From Lama glama (lineage: Eukaryota), in assembly GCA_028534125.1 (NCBI GenBank), contig CM052816.1, forward strand, positions 26,724,001 through 26,788,000: 64,000 nucleotides of DNA, read 5' to 3'. A program made the translations under genes and the position numbers. Below are positions 37,996 to 51,929 of the stretch, one piece after another. The notes under the pieces are model-generated. The model did no database searches. It was not told where the DNA came from and was given only the letters and a program-made list of their open reading frames with translations. The first letter of the stretch is position 1. Each line of letters begins with the position of its first letter.

Positions 37996-40941
37996 AAGGC
38001 TTACAAATCCAAGTTAACGTGTTGACTAAGGAACCTAGCATCCTGATGTCAAATAAGGCTCCTGGGTGTTGAAAATAGAAAACCAGAACCAAGCCTGCTC
38101 CTCTAATAAGCATTTCCAAGCACCTGCCATGTGCCTTGTGCTGCAGAGTGAAGGAGACAAACAGGGTGCCTGCCTTTACAGAGCTTACACTCCAGAGGTG
38201 AGTTGAGACACTGAGCCAGTGTGACTCAAGTGACTCAAAACCACTATGGAAGTGGCAATGATAACAATGCCACAGGAGCAGGGCCTTCTGGCTTCCAAGC
38301 AGACTCTCAGGATGAAGTGGAGGAGGTGAAAAGAAATCTTACAACTGTGTCAATCATAGTAAGTCTAACAGGAGACCTTCAGCTGATTTAACAACCACTG
38401 ATAGAACACCGACTAAGTACAAGGCAGCACGCTGAGCCCTCCTTTCACAGAGTGTTCCAGTATTTCCTGCTTCTCCTGTTTCAGACACACAGGCATCTCC
38501 TAAGAGAAAGCTGTACTTCCGTTGAAAGATCACAGGTATTTATTAAAGATCTCATTGATAATTCTAAAAATGGCACGGAGATAAGACCCTCTTCCATGCG
38601 GGGAGCACGGCTGGACCTGAGGACACAAGGGTGGGGCGTACCAGACCAGATTACACGCGGGCAATGACCACAGAATTGAAGCATTCAGGCTGTGTCTCCC
38701 TCCAATGCATCTAACTGTGGAAACTCAATCAGGTCCAGAAATGAATCAATTTCCTTTGCCTGTGTCCTTAAATTTGATGAATAGAGCCTTTGCTGAGAGC
38801 TACTGAAGCTGCTATTCATCTCAGTTAGTTGCTAAATAAAACGTTGTTCTTGGATGTAATTCTGGCGAATATGACTTTGGAGATTTTTCGTTTAACTGTG
38901 TAAGTCCAAATTATTCCCCAAGTGATTCTACATTTGAGCTATTTTTGCTCCACATGTTCTATATTTTTTTCCATGTCAGGGACTAGGAATCTAGGAAGAC
39001 CGGGTTTCTTGTTGACGGTGACGAGGATGAACTTGAGTCTACGTGCAAATGTTTGTGACAAACAGCTAAACCCTTTTTGTAATGCTTACTGAGAAGTTCT
39101 TTTCTATTCAATGACATTTGACAATTAGGAGTTTTAGACCTTTAGATGTAATGAAGAAAGACACAGTTTAAATAAACAAATAAGCTTGTGTCTGATGAGA
39201 GGGTAGGCAGTTTTGACTTGAAGTAGAGGGTCTAGTTGAACTTTCTTTCTATAATAGTTTGTAAGTCCGTGGTTTTCTACAGAGAACTTGCTCATGGTCA
39301 TGAAACTAATAGTGGTAGAATGTAAATTGGACCATGAGTCCTTTTATCTTTCTTAAAATTTCTAAACAAATTTTAATTTTTATCTAAGTGAGGCAGGCTC
39401 ATAGTTTCAAAAGTCAAAAAAGTAACAACTAAAAGGCTTCTCACAAAATACACCAGTCCCTGACCCATCTCTCACCACAACCCTAGTCTCTGTCCTCAGG
39501 GAGCTATTGCTCCAACATTTATACGTCATCATTTTCCTATATTATGCACTTTTATCCATTATTTTTATTATGAAAAATGTCAAAAAGCATATATATACAT
39601 ATAACCATACACACACTTTTGATACATTATTTAAAAGTAAGCTGCAAACATCATGACCTTCACTCCTAATACTATATAGCAATACTAAATAAAAATTATG
39701 TTATCTTTACCTCCCCTGGTTTAGTCATTATCATGTGACTTTCCATTATGGTTGTTGAGGATTTAGTTTTCTTAAACCACCATCCATCTGTTTCACATCC
39801 TTCATCCACTCAGTATCATTACAATATAATTTTTAGTTAAATATATTCAATATTGTATAATCATTACTTTCCCTGAAATTAATAATTGCCTTGATTTTTC
39901 ATTTGCTTATTTTCTTTGCTTAGTTTCTTGTTAATTCTTTTTACACCTTCTAAAAGCCTGTTAAAACATTTTATTCACAGATCTATCTGTCTATCTGTCT
40001 AGCAATTTGGTTTTTGTTTTTGTCTTCAGACATCCCTCCTCGAGCTCCTCAGTGTCCTTTGGCTGCCCTCCTTGAACTGCCTTTGCCTATGTCCAAGTCT
40101 AGATTCCAGGTCTCCTGGGTCTCATGCTTGGTGTACTCCTTGTCTTGGTGGGACACAGCCTCTAACAGGTTCATGAGGAGCAAAGGGCAGCATAAAGGAC
40201 CATGTCTATCTCTTGAGTCACGCTGCTCCAGTCAGGACTGGTCCCCCTCCTCCCCACCTGGTGTGCAGCTGTGCCCCTGTTTCTGTTCATCCTGAGGACT
40301 CCGGTCACCAACTCCTGCCATCCAGCTCCAAGCACCGTATACCACGTCTTCCTCTTTCTTGGCTCATTTACTCCCTTGCTTTGGTGGAGCATAGTCCCCA
40401 GGAGCTTCCTGAGAAATGGTACATGAGAGGTAAAATTCTTTAGAACTTTCTTGTCTGAAAACATCTTTGTTCTACGCTTGGTTGGTATGTTGGCTGACAA
40501 TGCATTCCAGGCTGGAAAGAACTTTCCTGCAGAGTTTGAAGTCATTACTTCATTGTCTTTTAGCTTCCTTCTAGTGATGCAGGTGAGAAGTCTGAAGTAA
40601 TTTTGATTCCTGATCTTTTCTATGCCACCTCTTTTTGCTTTTTTGAAGTTTATAGAATCTTCCCATTTTGAAACATTAGCTTGATGTCTTTTGTGATGAA
40701 TCACTGTGATTGTGATGCTGGATATCTAGTGGGCCCATTCAGTCAAGATTCATATTCTTTCATTCTGGGAAATTATTTAGAAATATTTTTTGATGCTTTC
40801 TTCCCTTCCTTTTTCTATTTCTTTGTCTTTTTTTTCTCTATTTTCCAGAAAAATTATTCAACTTTCTTCTTCAACATTTCTAATTCCAGCTCTAATACCA
40901 TTTCTGCACTTAGGACTCCAAATTCTAAAAATTGTTTTTTC

Positions 40942-41843
40942 AAACAACCCAATTTTAAAATGGGCAGAAGAACTGAATAAATATTTTTCTAAAGAGTAAA
41001 TGCAGATGGCCAACACGCACACAGAAAGATCAACATCAACATCACTAATCATCAGGGAAATGTAAATCAAAACCACAGTGAGGTATAACCTCACACCTGT
41101 CAGAGTGGCTAACATCAAAAAGAACACAAATAACAAATGCTGGCAAGGATGTGGGGAGAAGGGAACCCTTGTACACTAGTGGTGGGAATGTAAATTGGTG
41201 CAGCTCCTGTAGAAAACAGTACAGAGGTTTCTCAAAAAAACTGAAAATAGAACTACCATATGAACCAGCAATCACACTCTTGGGTATATAATTGGAAAAA
41301 AAAGAACATTAATTTGAAAAGATATATGAAACCCAATGTTCACAGCAGCATTATTTACAATTGTCAAGATATGGATGTAACCTAAGTGTCCACCAACAGA
41401 TGAATGGATGAAAAAGATGTGGTATATATATATATATATATATAAAGGAATCCTACCCAGATATAAACAAGAATGAAATTTTGCCATTTGCAGCAGCATG
41501 GGTGAATTTGGAGGGCACTCTGTTAAGTGAAATACGTCAGATAGAAAAAGACAAAGACAAATGCTGTATGATATCACTTACCTGTGGAATCTAAGAAATA
41601 CAACTAGTGAATATAACAAAATTCACAGATGTAGAAAACAAACTACTGGTTATTAGTGGGATAGAGAGGGGGCAACATAGGGGTTGGGGAGTGGGAGGTA
41701 CAAACTACTGGGTGTAAGTAAGTAGGCTACTAGGATGTATTGTGCAACATGGGGAATAGAGATAATATTTTGTAATAACTGTAAATGGAGTATAAACTTT
41801 AAATATTGTATAAAAATATATAAGGTTGAAAGCAAAAAAAAAA
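40942..41843 (+). mobile_element. 5'-truncated L1 3' end nested within older antisense L1-like fragments (about 39500-42500)
   Basis: aaacaacccaattttaaaatgggcagaaga ... ggaacccttgtacactagtggtgggaatgtaaattggtgcagc ... gtaataactgtaaatggagtataa, ending in polyA. Confidence 0.88.
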
Positions 41844-42569
41844 TTTTTGTTCTTTGAAAGTTCTTGGGTTTTTGGTTTGTTTGAAGTTTGGGGTTTTCTG
41901 TTTTGTTTTGTTTTGTTTTTTGACTAATAGCATTTGTTCCCCAAAAGTAATAACTCTCCAAGGATATTGATAACTTTTTGGTGTTTTGCTGTCTTCTTTT
42001 CTCTGCATTGCTTCTGATTTCTCCAAGTTGCTTTTCTCCCTGTTGGTTCATTTTAGCTTCTGCCTTCAAGGTTCATGACATCCCGTTGATATCTGGTCAT
42101 CCTTGGCTGTCTACTTATGCTTAATATGGGGAACCAGAAAGTTGATTGAAAGTTTTGTGATGTTTAGTTTCGGCCTATTCATGTTGCACTTCACTGTAGA
42201 ATGATCTGGCTGGGTTGCCTGTTGGGGAGCTTTGGATATCAGTAGGTTTAGGTCTTTCCTCTAGGGCTGGTAAACTTCCACCTGGAATACTTTTTTCTAT
42301 CTTCTGCCTAGAAGGACAAAATTTGGCCTTCTATATTCTGAGAGTTAAATAGGAAATAAGCTGAAAGGAATCATCATTCGGAGCACAAACATTTGCTTAA
42401 TTTCCCTGTTTTGATATGGTAGCCACCCCCCTGAGCCCTGCCTGGCATCTCCCAGTCCAGAGGTCCTCAGTATCCCCTCTGCAGGGCACAAATCTCCAGT
42501 GCCTTCAAACAACAACTTCTCTCTCACACTTGGCTGGGCAGTTCCTCTGCTGGTCTTGTTTTGCTCACC

Positions 42570-42930
42570 CACACAGCAGCATGCAGCTAGCTGGCTGGGC
42601 GACAGGGCGGGCAGTCTAAGATGGCCTCCCTCACACATCTGGCAGTTGGTGCTGGTGGTGGTTGCCTGATTCTGCTCCGTGGGCCTCTCAGTCTGCTGTA
42701 GGCTACACTCACTGCCTCAGGTGGCTGCCTCTTCCCGCGCCCCAGAAAGTACAGGTAGCACTCGTGGCCACTGGAGGCGAAGGCTTAGGAATTCAGTCCA
42801 CCTCACTTCCACCACATTTTATTGGTCAAAGCGAACAAGGCCAGTCTGAATTCAACGGGGCAGAGAAATGGACACCACCTTGGATGAGCTGATCAGCAGT
42901 CATATGACAGAAGGTTGTGCATTCTGGGGT
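42570..42930 (-). mobile_element. Old MaLR (MLT1-type) LTR fragment
   Basis: tctaagatggcctccctcacacatctggcagttggtgctgg ... tcacttccaccacattttattggtcaaagc. Confidence 0.65.
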
Positions 42931-45900
42931 GGGGTGGGATTTTTTGTTATTCAGTGAGGATACAGTAATTCCACATTCAATACTTATCTTCTTAACAAGG
43001 CAAACACACCCATCACTGTGATTAATAATTTCCCACTCTTTTTTTTTAATTCAGGTATATTGAAAAACTATTTTTGCAATCATTGCAGTTGAAGGCAAGA
43101 CTTTTCGGTAACCTCCTGAAAAGGAATTAATAACCTCCTTGGTTTTTGTTTTTTTGAACTGAAGCTTACAAGTCATTCACTCATAACAGAAAGATCACCT
43201 CTGAAAAGACCCTTCAAGTCAGGAGAGTCTAGAATTCCAGGATTTACATTCAGCCTTGAGGACTTTACTGGCTCCTGTTACTAAAAATGTTACAGTTTTC
43301 AAGTGTCTTTGGCATGTTCCCTCATTGAACGGAAATCTTAGAGGCTTTTCAGATCATTCAAATCAGTTTAGGATGTGCCCTTGGTAGAAAGAGAGGTAAA
43401 AAACCTCACTTCTTGAGCCTATTTCAAAATTTTCATCCAGCTTATGCTTGAGAACAGGTCGAAGTGGTGGCGCTGCTGGAAGTCCTCTGTCGGCAGCCTG
43501 GGCACAGAGCAGCCACAGGGAGATGGGAAGGGGCCTCTCCCCTCCACGCTGCTGGTGATTATTTCCTTTCCCCAGACCTCGCCATGCTTATCTGTTGAGA
43601 GTCTAAGAGGTCTGGATGAAAGCCGGGCCTGGCTGGCGGCAGCAGCATAAAGGAGGCACTGAGATTTGCCAAGAGTTGGTATCGGCCTAGAGCAGGTGAG
43701 ACTCGGAGGAAAGGTACGGGCTCTCTTTAGCCGTGCCCACCTGGGCTTGGGCTTTTTTCCTTTTTCCCACTTCCTTTTCAAATTCAATGTTCAGTTGCTA
43801 CTTTTGAAACGATGGTGTGGTGATTGCAAGATTGGAGAATCTTTTCTTTTGAACAATTTTTTTGCAGTGGCAAGAGAGACACTACTTAACACTTCAGCAT
43901 TTCTGTAAACCATCTTACATCTTCCATAAGCATGGTTTAAACTCATAATTTACACATCATTATAGAAGACATTCCAGAGAGCATTATATTAATTGAATTC
44001 AATGAAAAAAATAAAATGCAAAGCTGGATGAGCAGAATAACCAAAAGGTTGACAGGAAAAACAACAAAGCATTAAAAGTATTTATTTGGGGGAATTAGGA
44101 CTTTAATGGGTTTTTTTCCTTCTATATTCCTGAATTTTAACATTTTTTACTGTAAAAATAAATTTGTACCTACAGGAACTTTAACTCATGTTTAAGGAGC
44201 ACTTAAAATTTTTGTTCTCACTCCTAAAATAATGCATAGCTAGTTTGTATAGATTGATGCAAAAACAGTGGCTTGCAGTTTATTTTATATTTGACTGTAA
44301 TTTTATGGCCATGGATTAGTTCTATGACAGCAAATACAGGCTAGATTTACAATGTCAGTGTCTTTCCTCTCCAAGGAAAGTATATTAAACTGCCACTCTG
44401 GTGCCCGGGCCATCTCAACCTGAAAACTCAATAGCCTTTAGACCTACTTTCCTTATAAAGAGAAAGAAACAAACAAACAGAAGAAGAGAAGGAATGTTTT
44501 CTACAACAATTTCAAATAGGTACTATTAGCTTGCGTTCCTGAGCAGTGCTCTTGAGCAGAAATCCTAGGAGCAACTGGCTTATCAGTTGATGGAGGAAAA
44601 GATATTCAAGGAGAAATCCACACAGGCGCTGTTAGCCAGTGGCCAGCACCGAACGAACGCACAAAATGATAAGAATGCCAATGTTTAAAAGAGCTGGAAC
44701 TTTTTGAAACAGAGTAGTACATGGACTTTGTCAGTCTGATGTTTTAACGAGGCGATAGATGCCACCATTTTACTTTGCCAACTTTTTTTTTCGGTGTGTG
44801 TGGGGGGAATGTTTGTTTCTGAAGATACTAATTATATCTCAAGCTGCAGCTAAGAAAAAATTGCCCTGTAGACTACTGTTGCTACCAGCAACTGGGCTCA
44901 GAATTGGGTATTTTTGCAAAACAGGAATACTGGAAGTCTTTTAATGTCACTTAAAAATACTAATAATTTAAGCTTTCTGAAATTTCCAGGGTTTAAAGAA
45001 AAATCATTAAAGCAATTTCTATTACCAAGAATGCAAATGACAAAGAAGTATTTACAGTGGGATTTCTCTCTTCTACAATAGTAGGGTGTCCTTAAATACA
45101 GTGAGAGAGCGTTATCAGTAAATGAGAATCAATTTGTATTTTACCTTTTAAATTAAGAATAATATATAGTATGCCTCTGTCCCACAAAACATGTTTTGAA
45201 GTAGATAAACTGCTCGTAGTAACTTCACAAATGTTCCTTTGACTTTGGATATATTATTTCAGCTGTCTCTGGTGAGGGCATTTCATATGCTTATAAATCT
45301 CTTTAGTTTCTTTTTGTATTTTAGTGCTTCATGTTAATGGACCCATAACTGTTACATAAAACACATCTATCTGCAAAGGTTTCGGAACAAACATTTATAC
45401 CAAGCCTGTTTAAAAGTTGGCAGCCATGGTGAATAGTAAATAACAGTGAATAGGAGAAAACATAAATAAACAGATCAATTAAATAACAGGTTGTTTCCAA
45501 AGAATTTTTTAAAAGGTTGCTGACCTGTCAAGGTAGACACATCCAGCACCCAGATTAATGCAGCATGAAGTAGGTATCATCAGGGTTTCATAGCAGTCCA
45601 TTTCAGTTCCCTCACGTAAACGTATTTTCCCTAATTTTTGGAATATAATCAGTGTTTAATCAATCCCCTACTACACTCTAAGTTGCAAAAGCCATATTCA
45701 CTTGCTCGCCACTTCTTGTCACTTCCCAATTATCATACTCAGACTCAACTATGCTTCTATGTTCCCTAAGTTAACTATTTTTGACCACTTACTTTAGGTT
45801 AGATAGTTGTGAAATCTCCATCACACCTGAACTTCATAAAAACATGCATATTAAAGTTTCAAATGAACTTCAGTTCCTCAGTTTTATGTTGCTAACAATA

Positions 45901-47189
45901 CCTAGCTCACAGGATTAAAGGGGATATTGTAAGCAAGTACCTTGCACGTAGGAACTCAGTGAAGGTTAGATTTCTCTTCTGCAGTTCTTCTCAGGGGCTG
46001 AATCTCCACTTCATACGCTCAGGACCATTGACTGGCATGAAATAAAAGTCACTTTACATAGTTTAAACCTGCTTCATGTACACATCCTACCTTTGAAGCT
46101 TCCTGAGGGCAGGAACCATGCATCTTCAAATCTTCATTTTTGCACCCCAGGGTCTGGCGTGGGTAAGTGCAACAAAACTCAGTGCTGCCCCTTCTTTTCT
46201 GGTTGGTGAAGGAGCTCTGGGAGGGTGAGAATGGGGGCATCGCCTGTCATTAAGAGTGTTTTTTAGTTATGCCCAGGTTAGCAAATAAAAGCAAGATGAC
46301 TTTTTAATTACTTGAAAACTTTGTCACCAAAGTTTGGCACTAATAGTCCACGGAGGAAGAAGATCTGAGTAAATAATTAGCTCCAGAAAAAAACATGCCA
46401 TGCACATTAAAGATGGGGACAATAAGACAGCCCCAGCAATTTCACTCCAATACGGCATCCTAGCCAGTAGACTCTAGTCCCTCTACATGATCTAAGGTGA
46501 CTGTACTCTCATCTTAACACGTGAAAGAAATTTCCTGGGCAAAACCCCACAATTCAAATAACTAGCCATTAACAAAAGCCTTAGGCATTTATTTGCTAAA
46601 TATGAGTTTAATTTAGCCAAGTTTCATTGTAGTTTCAGGGGAAGGTAATGTTTGACTCAACTAAGGTGTTATTTATATAAATGAAGAGAAAACACAGTGG
46701 ACAAAAAATAAAGGTTTTTGAAAGACAATGAAATGTAGCTTTGAGAGCCATATTTATTTTAAAAGGAGCAGAAATCTAGAACTTGCTTCTGATATACTAG
46801 AAAGAACTAACCATGATAAAACTGCACTCTATGGTACTCATAAGTCATTAATAAGTGAAACATTAGCACTCCTTCTTTGTGATGAATCAAAACTACAGCA
46901 AAAGTGGCAAGCTATAAAAATACACCTCCATTGTTTATTTTGACACTGCCAGAGATAACTGCCAACAGAGTTGCTAATCCCTTTTATAATTTACACATGC
47001 AGTATATTTGCATATATGTAAAACATAATGCATACATTTTATATTAATCTTACATTTTATCTACAGTTTTAATTGTACGATTTACACTATGATTATATCA
47101 CACAAATGCTTTTGAAACTTGTGCGAGAGACTATAAAGGAATGTACACAAATGAGAGTAATTGTATTAGGTAGTGAGAGAGACTACGAG

Positions 47190-50100
47190 TGACTTTTGAA
47201 TAGTTAATGACTGAGAATTTTCTGAAGTTGGTAAGAGACATCAAGTCACAGAATTAAGAAGACTCATGAATCCCAAGCAGGATAAATAAAAAGAAATCTA
47301 CACTTATGCAAATTCTAGTAAAACTGCTTTAAAACCCTAATATAGAGAGAAAAAAATATCAAAATCACCAGATTTTCAAAAGACAGATTACTTTCAAAGG
47401 AGTCTTATCAGATTTCTCAATAGAGATAATGGAAACTAGAATTCAAAAGAAATGACATATTCTGAAAGAAAATAATTTTATACTAGGCAAAAATATCCTC
47501 CAGGAATGACATTTTCAGAGAAAAATAAAATAACTTTTCACCAGCAGACTAGCACTTAAAGAATTACCAAATGGAGTTCTTCAGGAAATGATCAGTGTGT
47601 AAATTTAGAAATACAGAAAGTAATAAAGAGATAATGTAAATATGTCAATACATCTAAACGCATATGACTTCACTAGGCAACACTGATTATGTGTTGGGGG
47701 CAGCTAAAAATAAAATACATGACAACAATTGCATAAAATTCCACAGAAGGCAAATAGAAGTGTCCTCAGGTTTTGTATTATCCAGAAAGAGAGTAAAACT
47801 AACAGGTAATGTTAGGCTTTGAAAAGTCAAGACTGCACGTTGTAATCTTCAGTAAAACTATTGATAGAGTATTAAAAGGATGAGTAACCATCAGACTAGT
47901 AGAAGAGGAATACAGAATACTAAAATCTGTTCCACCGAAACAGAATAAAACAAGAAAGGAAAGAGGAACATAAAATGGTACCAATAGAAATAAAATACGA
48001 AGACGTTAGATTTAAATCCAAACATATTAAGTAAATACAGTAAATGTAAACAGACTGTATATCCTACTTAAGACAAAGATGATCAAACTTCACTAAAAAA
48101 CAATTTATGTTATTTACAAGAGGTCTATTAAAATATAAGGACAGAAAGATTGAAAGTAGAGTCATAGAAAAAGATAAACCATGCATTCAGTAGCCAAAAG
48201 AAAGATGGTGAGTTACAGTAGTATCAGACTTTAAGGAAAAAGTATTACTAGAATTTGAGTGACATTTCATAATTACAAGAATTCAATTTATCAAAACAGT
48301 ATTGGAATTGTTTGCACCCAGCAAAGTTGCCTTAAAACACATAAGGAAAAATATATAAAGAAAAATTTACAGAGCTACAAGACGAAACAAGACAATCTAC
48401 AGCCATAATGAGAGGTTTTAACACACTCTTATAGTAACTCTTACAACCCTTGTAAGAAGTAGATAAAAAGTCAGTAAAGATAGAGATATAAAATGCAAGA
48501 TTGACAAATGTGGTCTAATAGACATATATAGAATACTGAATCCAATAAGGGCAGAATGCACTAACTACACAGGAAACAGTTTCCAAAAAAATTGATAATG
48601 TCCTATCTCATAAAGCAAGTCTCCATGTGTTTTAAGAGAATGAGATAATAAAGAATATGGTCTCTCACCACAATACAACTAAGGTAGAAATCACCAACAA
48701 AAAGATCATCAAAAAGTCATGTTTGGGAAATAAAATACTACACTTCAAAGTAATGCAGATTTTTTAAAAAAAAGTATAAATTAGAAAATATTTTTAACTG
48801 AATGATAATGAAAATACTATATATCAAAACTTGTGGAAAGCATCTGAAGTGTGCTCCTTAAGGGGAATTGTATCATTTTAATTGCACATAGAGCAATATA
48901 AAAGAAGAAAGGCTAAAAAAATGATGAATTAAATTAAATAAGTCAGAGAAAGGCAAGTATCATATGATCTCTGATATGTGGATCTTAAACAAAATAAAAC
49001 AGAAAACCAAAAAAAAAAAAAAAAGTAAGCTCATACAGAGAACAGATGGTGAAATGCCAGAGGTGGGAGATAGGGGTATGAGAAATGGGTAACTAAGCTT
49101 GCTTTTAGTTTAAATAAATTAAAAAAAAACAAAACACTAACTTCTTTGTGTCTTAGTTTTCAGGATTCTTTCTTCTCAGGAATGTTGTTATTCACGAGAA
49201 GGAAAAGAAGGAGAAGGAGAGGAAGAGGAAGAAAAATTTTGCTTACACAACATTGAAAACTAAAATATTATCACCTCACACCTATTAGAAAGGCTAACAT
49301 CTAAATACTGACACCACCAAATGCTGACAAGGATGTGGAGCAAGAGGAACACTCAACTCATTGCTGGCAGAAATGCAAAGTGACGCAGCCACTACGGAAG
49401 ACAGCTTGGCAGTTTCTTACAAAATGCAACACACATTTACCATAGGATCCATGTGTTGGCAGATCCATGTTCTCTCTGAAGGCCTTAGGGGAGGATCCTT
49501 CCTGGCCTCTTCCTGGTTTCTGGTGGTTATCAGCCACCCTAGACATCCTTTGGCTTACAGATGCATCCTTCCAATCTCTGTCTCTGTCTTCACATGGTGT
49601 TTTCCTCTTTGTGCGTCTTCGTTTCTCCTTTTTTTTTTTTTTATAAGGACACCAGTCGTACTGGAGTAGGGCCAACCTATACCAGTATGATCTCATCTTA
49701 ACTTGACTACATCTGCAACAAAAACAAAATAAAACAAAACAAAAAAACCCTATTTGGAAATAGGGTCACATTCACAGATACTAAGATTTAAGACTTCGAC
49801 ATAACATACTTGGATTTAAGACACCAACATAATTTTGGGGGGCACAATTTAACCCACAAAACAAGGACTCATCCTACTGTCACTTCTTTTTGGACTGAAT
49901 GTCCTGGCCAGTGCAATAAGGCAAGAAAAAGAAATAAAAGGTATACAGATTAAAAGGAAGGAATAAAACTATTATTATTCATGGATGACATAGTTGCTTA
50001 TGCAGAAAAATCCTAAGTAATTCACAGATAATTTACTAGAATTAGTAAGTTTAACAAACTAGTCTATTGAAGATTAACATACAAAATTAACTTTACTATG

Positions 50101-51000
50101 ATATAATACCAACAAACAGGAAAATAAGTGTTTAAAAAGATATAATTTACAGTAGCATAAAAAAGCCAAACACCTTGAAATCAATCTACATATGTGTAAG
50201 ACCTTTAGGCAGACAACTATGAAAACTTACTGAGAGAAATTAAGATCTAAATAAATGGAGGAATATGCCAAGTCTTTCCAAAATGATCTATACATGCAAT
50301 GCAATTCCAATCAAAATCCCAGTATGGAAACTGACAAGCTGGTTCTCAAGTTTATATGGACATGTAAAGGGTCAAGAACAGCCAAGAATCTGTTGAATAA
50401 AGTGAGAAGACTTGTACTACTAAATACGAAGACTTATTTTAAAGCTGTTTTCATTAAGATAATGTGGTGTTGCCACAAAGATAGACAAATATGCCAATGG
50501 GACAGAAAAGAGGGTCCACAAACAAACCCATGCAGGTGGGGACCCTTGTTCCATGACAGAAGTAGCATTACAGAGCAGCAAGTAAAGAAGACATTTTTCA
50601 ATAAATTGTGCTGAAACAAGTGGAATTTATATGGAAAAACAATAATAAATTCAACCCCTACCTTGTACTAGGCATCAAAATAGCTACACACAAAAACATG
50701 GATGAATTTCACACACATAAATTTGAGCAAAAGAAGACATATAGTAAGATTCCATTTACATAAGGTTAAAACAAAACTAAACCATATTGTAAGTAGTCAG
50801 GATTGTGGTTAATCTAGGGAGAAGCAAGCATTAATAACTGGGAGGGGGTACAAGAGGAATTTCTAGAGAGCTGATGAGTATTTCACTTCTTTGGATGGGT
50901 GGGGTTCTAGCTGTATTTGCTTTGTGATAATTCCTTGATCTGCACATTTACATTTTGTGCGCTTTCCTTTATTTGCATTAATCTTCCCAATAAAATGATT
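47190..51000 (+). mobile_element. Degenerate ancient L1 body (ORF1/ORF2 remnants) with nested insertions at about 48940-49860
   Basis: A-rich strand. ORF 50255-50614 (ETDKLVLKFIWTCKG...KTYFKAVFIKIMWCCHKDRQICQWDRKE) is decayed L1 ORF2; gtcctggccagtgcaataaggcaagaaaaagaaataaaaggtat is an RT-region motif. Confidence 0.8.
49452..49860 (-). mobile_element. Truncated MaLR LTR (MLT1C-like)
   Basis: ctctgaaggccttaggggaggatccttcctggcctcttcc ... tataaggacaccagtc ... tatttggaaatagggtcacattcacag. Confidence 0.85.
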
Positions 51001-51929
51001 TTTAAAAGTAGATAGACACATTTATTCACTGAACAAATACTTACTGAGAAATCACTATACACCAGACATTGTACTAGACCTGGATCAAAAAGAATAAATG
51101 CAGGAATAAGTGCTCTGATACCCTTAGCTTGCTACAAAATGGGGACTCTTTCTTTATTGTGGGTAGGGGTGATGAGGCAAGCCATTAGATCCTTCACTGG
51201 ACTGAAATATCAAAATAGTTCAGAAATGTTCTGCCCAGCCCTCAAAAGTTGTTACTCCTTGTGTACATAATAAATGGTTACAGTGTAATTTAAATTTTTT
51301 TTCAGTGTAATTTTAGATCTACACTTAGTCACACATAGGAATCCTATCTGCTTACCCAAGGAAAATCCTGTCTTGAAAGTCGTGGCACCAGCCCCTAAGA
51401 AAACCAAGAGAATACTATTATTAATTTGTAGTTAATTTTAGAGCTATTACACTAAAATAAAAGGTTCTTTTAAGTCCTAATTCAAAAAGCACCGAGATTT
51501 AAAATAACGTTTTCCTGATTATAAAATACTTACATGCTCAATGTAGAACATCTGGGAGAACAGAAAATTACAAAGAAAACAAAAATCCATTATTCTATCA
51601 CCATAGCTACTGTAGATGTTTTGGTACATTCCTTTTCATCTTTAAAATGCCTTTATATATTTATTTTCACAGCTGAGATCCTAATTTTTATGTGATTTTG
51701 CAACCCACGTTTTCCACTTAAAAATATGAGCATTTCCCCAAGCCATTAAATAATTTTCCTAAACATAATTCTTAAGTTTATAAAAATATGTCCCCAACTT
51801 GAATCATCTCAGTGAGAAGTCATTCATTATGTGGAATCACGTCAAAACATCCGGGATCCCAAAGTTCTGAGAGGCATCCAAACCTTAACTAAAGCCTCCG
51901 ATGGAACCTTGGAACCTGGCTGGGGTGGC

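Noticed and set aside
44579..44588. cttatcagtt match to U2 snRNA
   Set aside because: Only 10 nt; the flanks do not resemble U2
50255..50614. 119-aa ORF upstream of PPIC
   Set aside because: Decayed L1 ORF2 fragment
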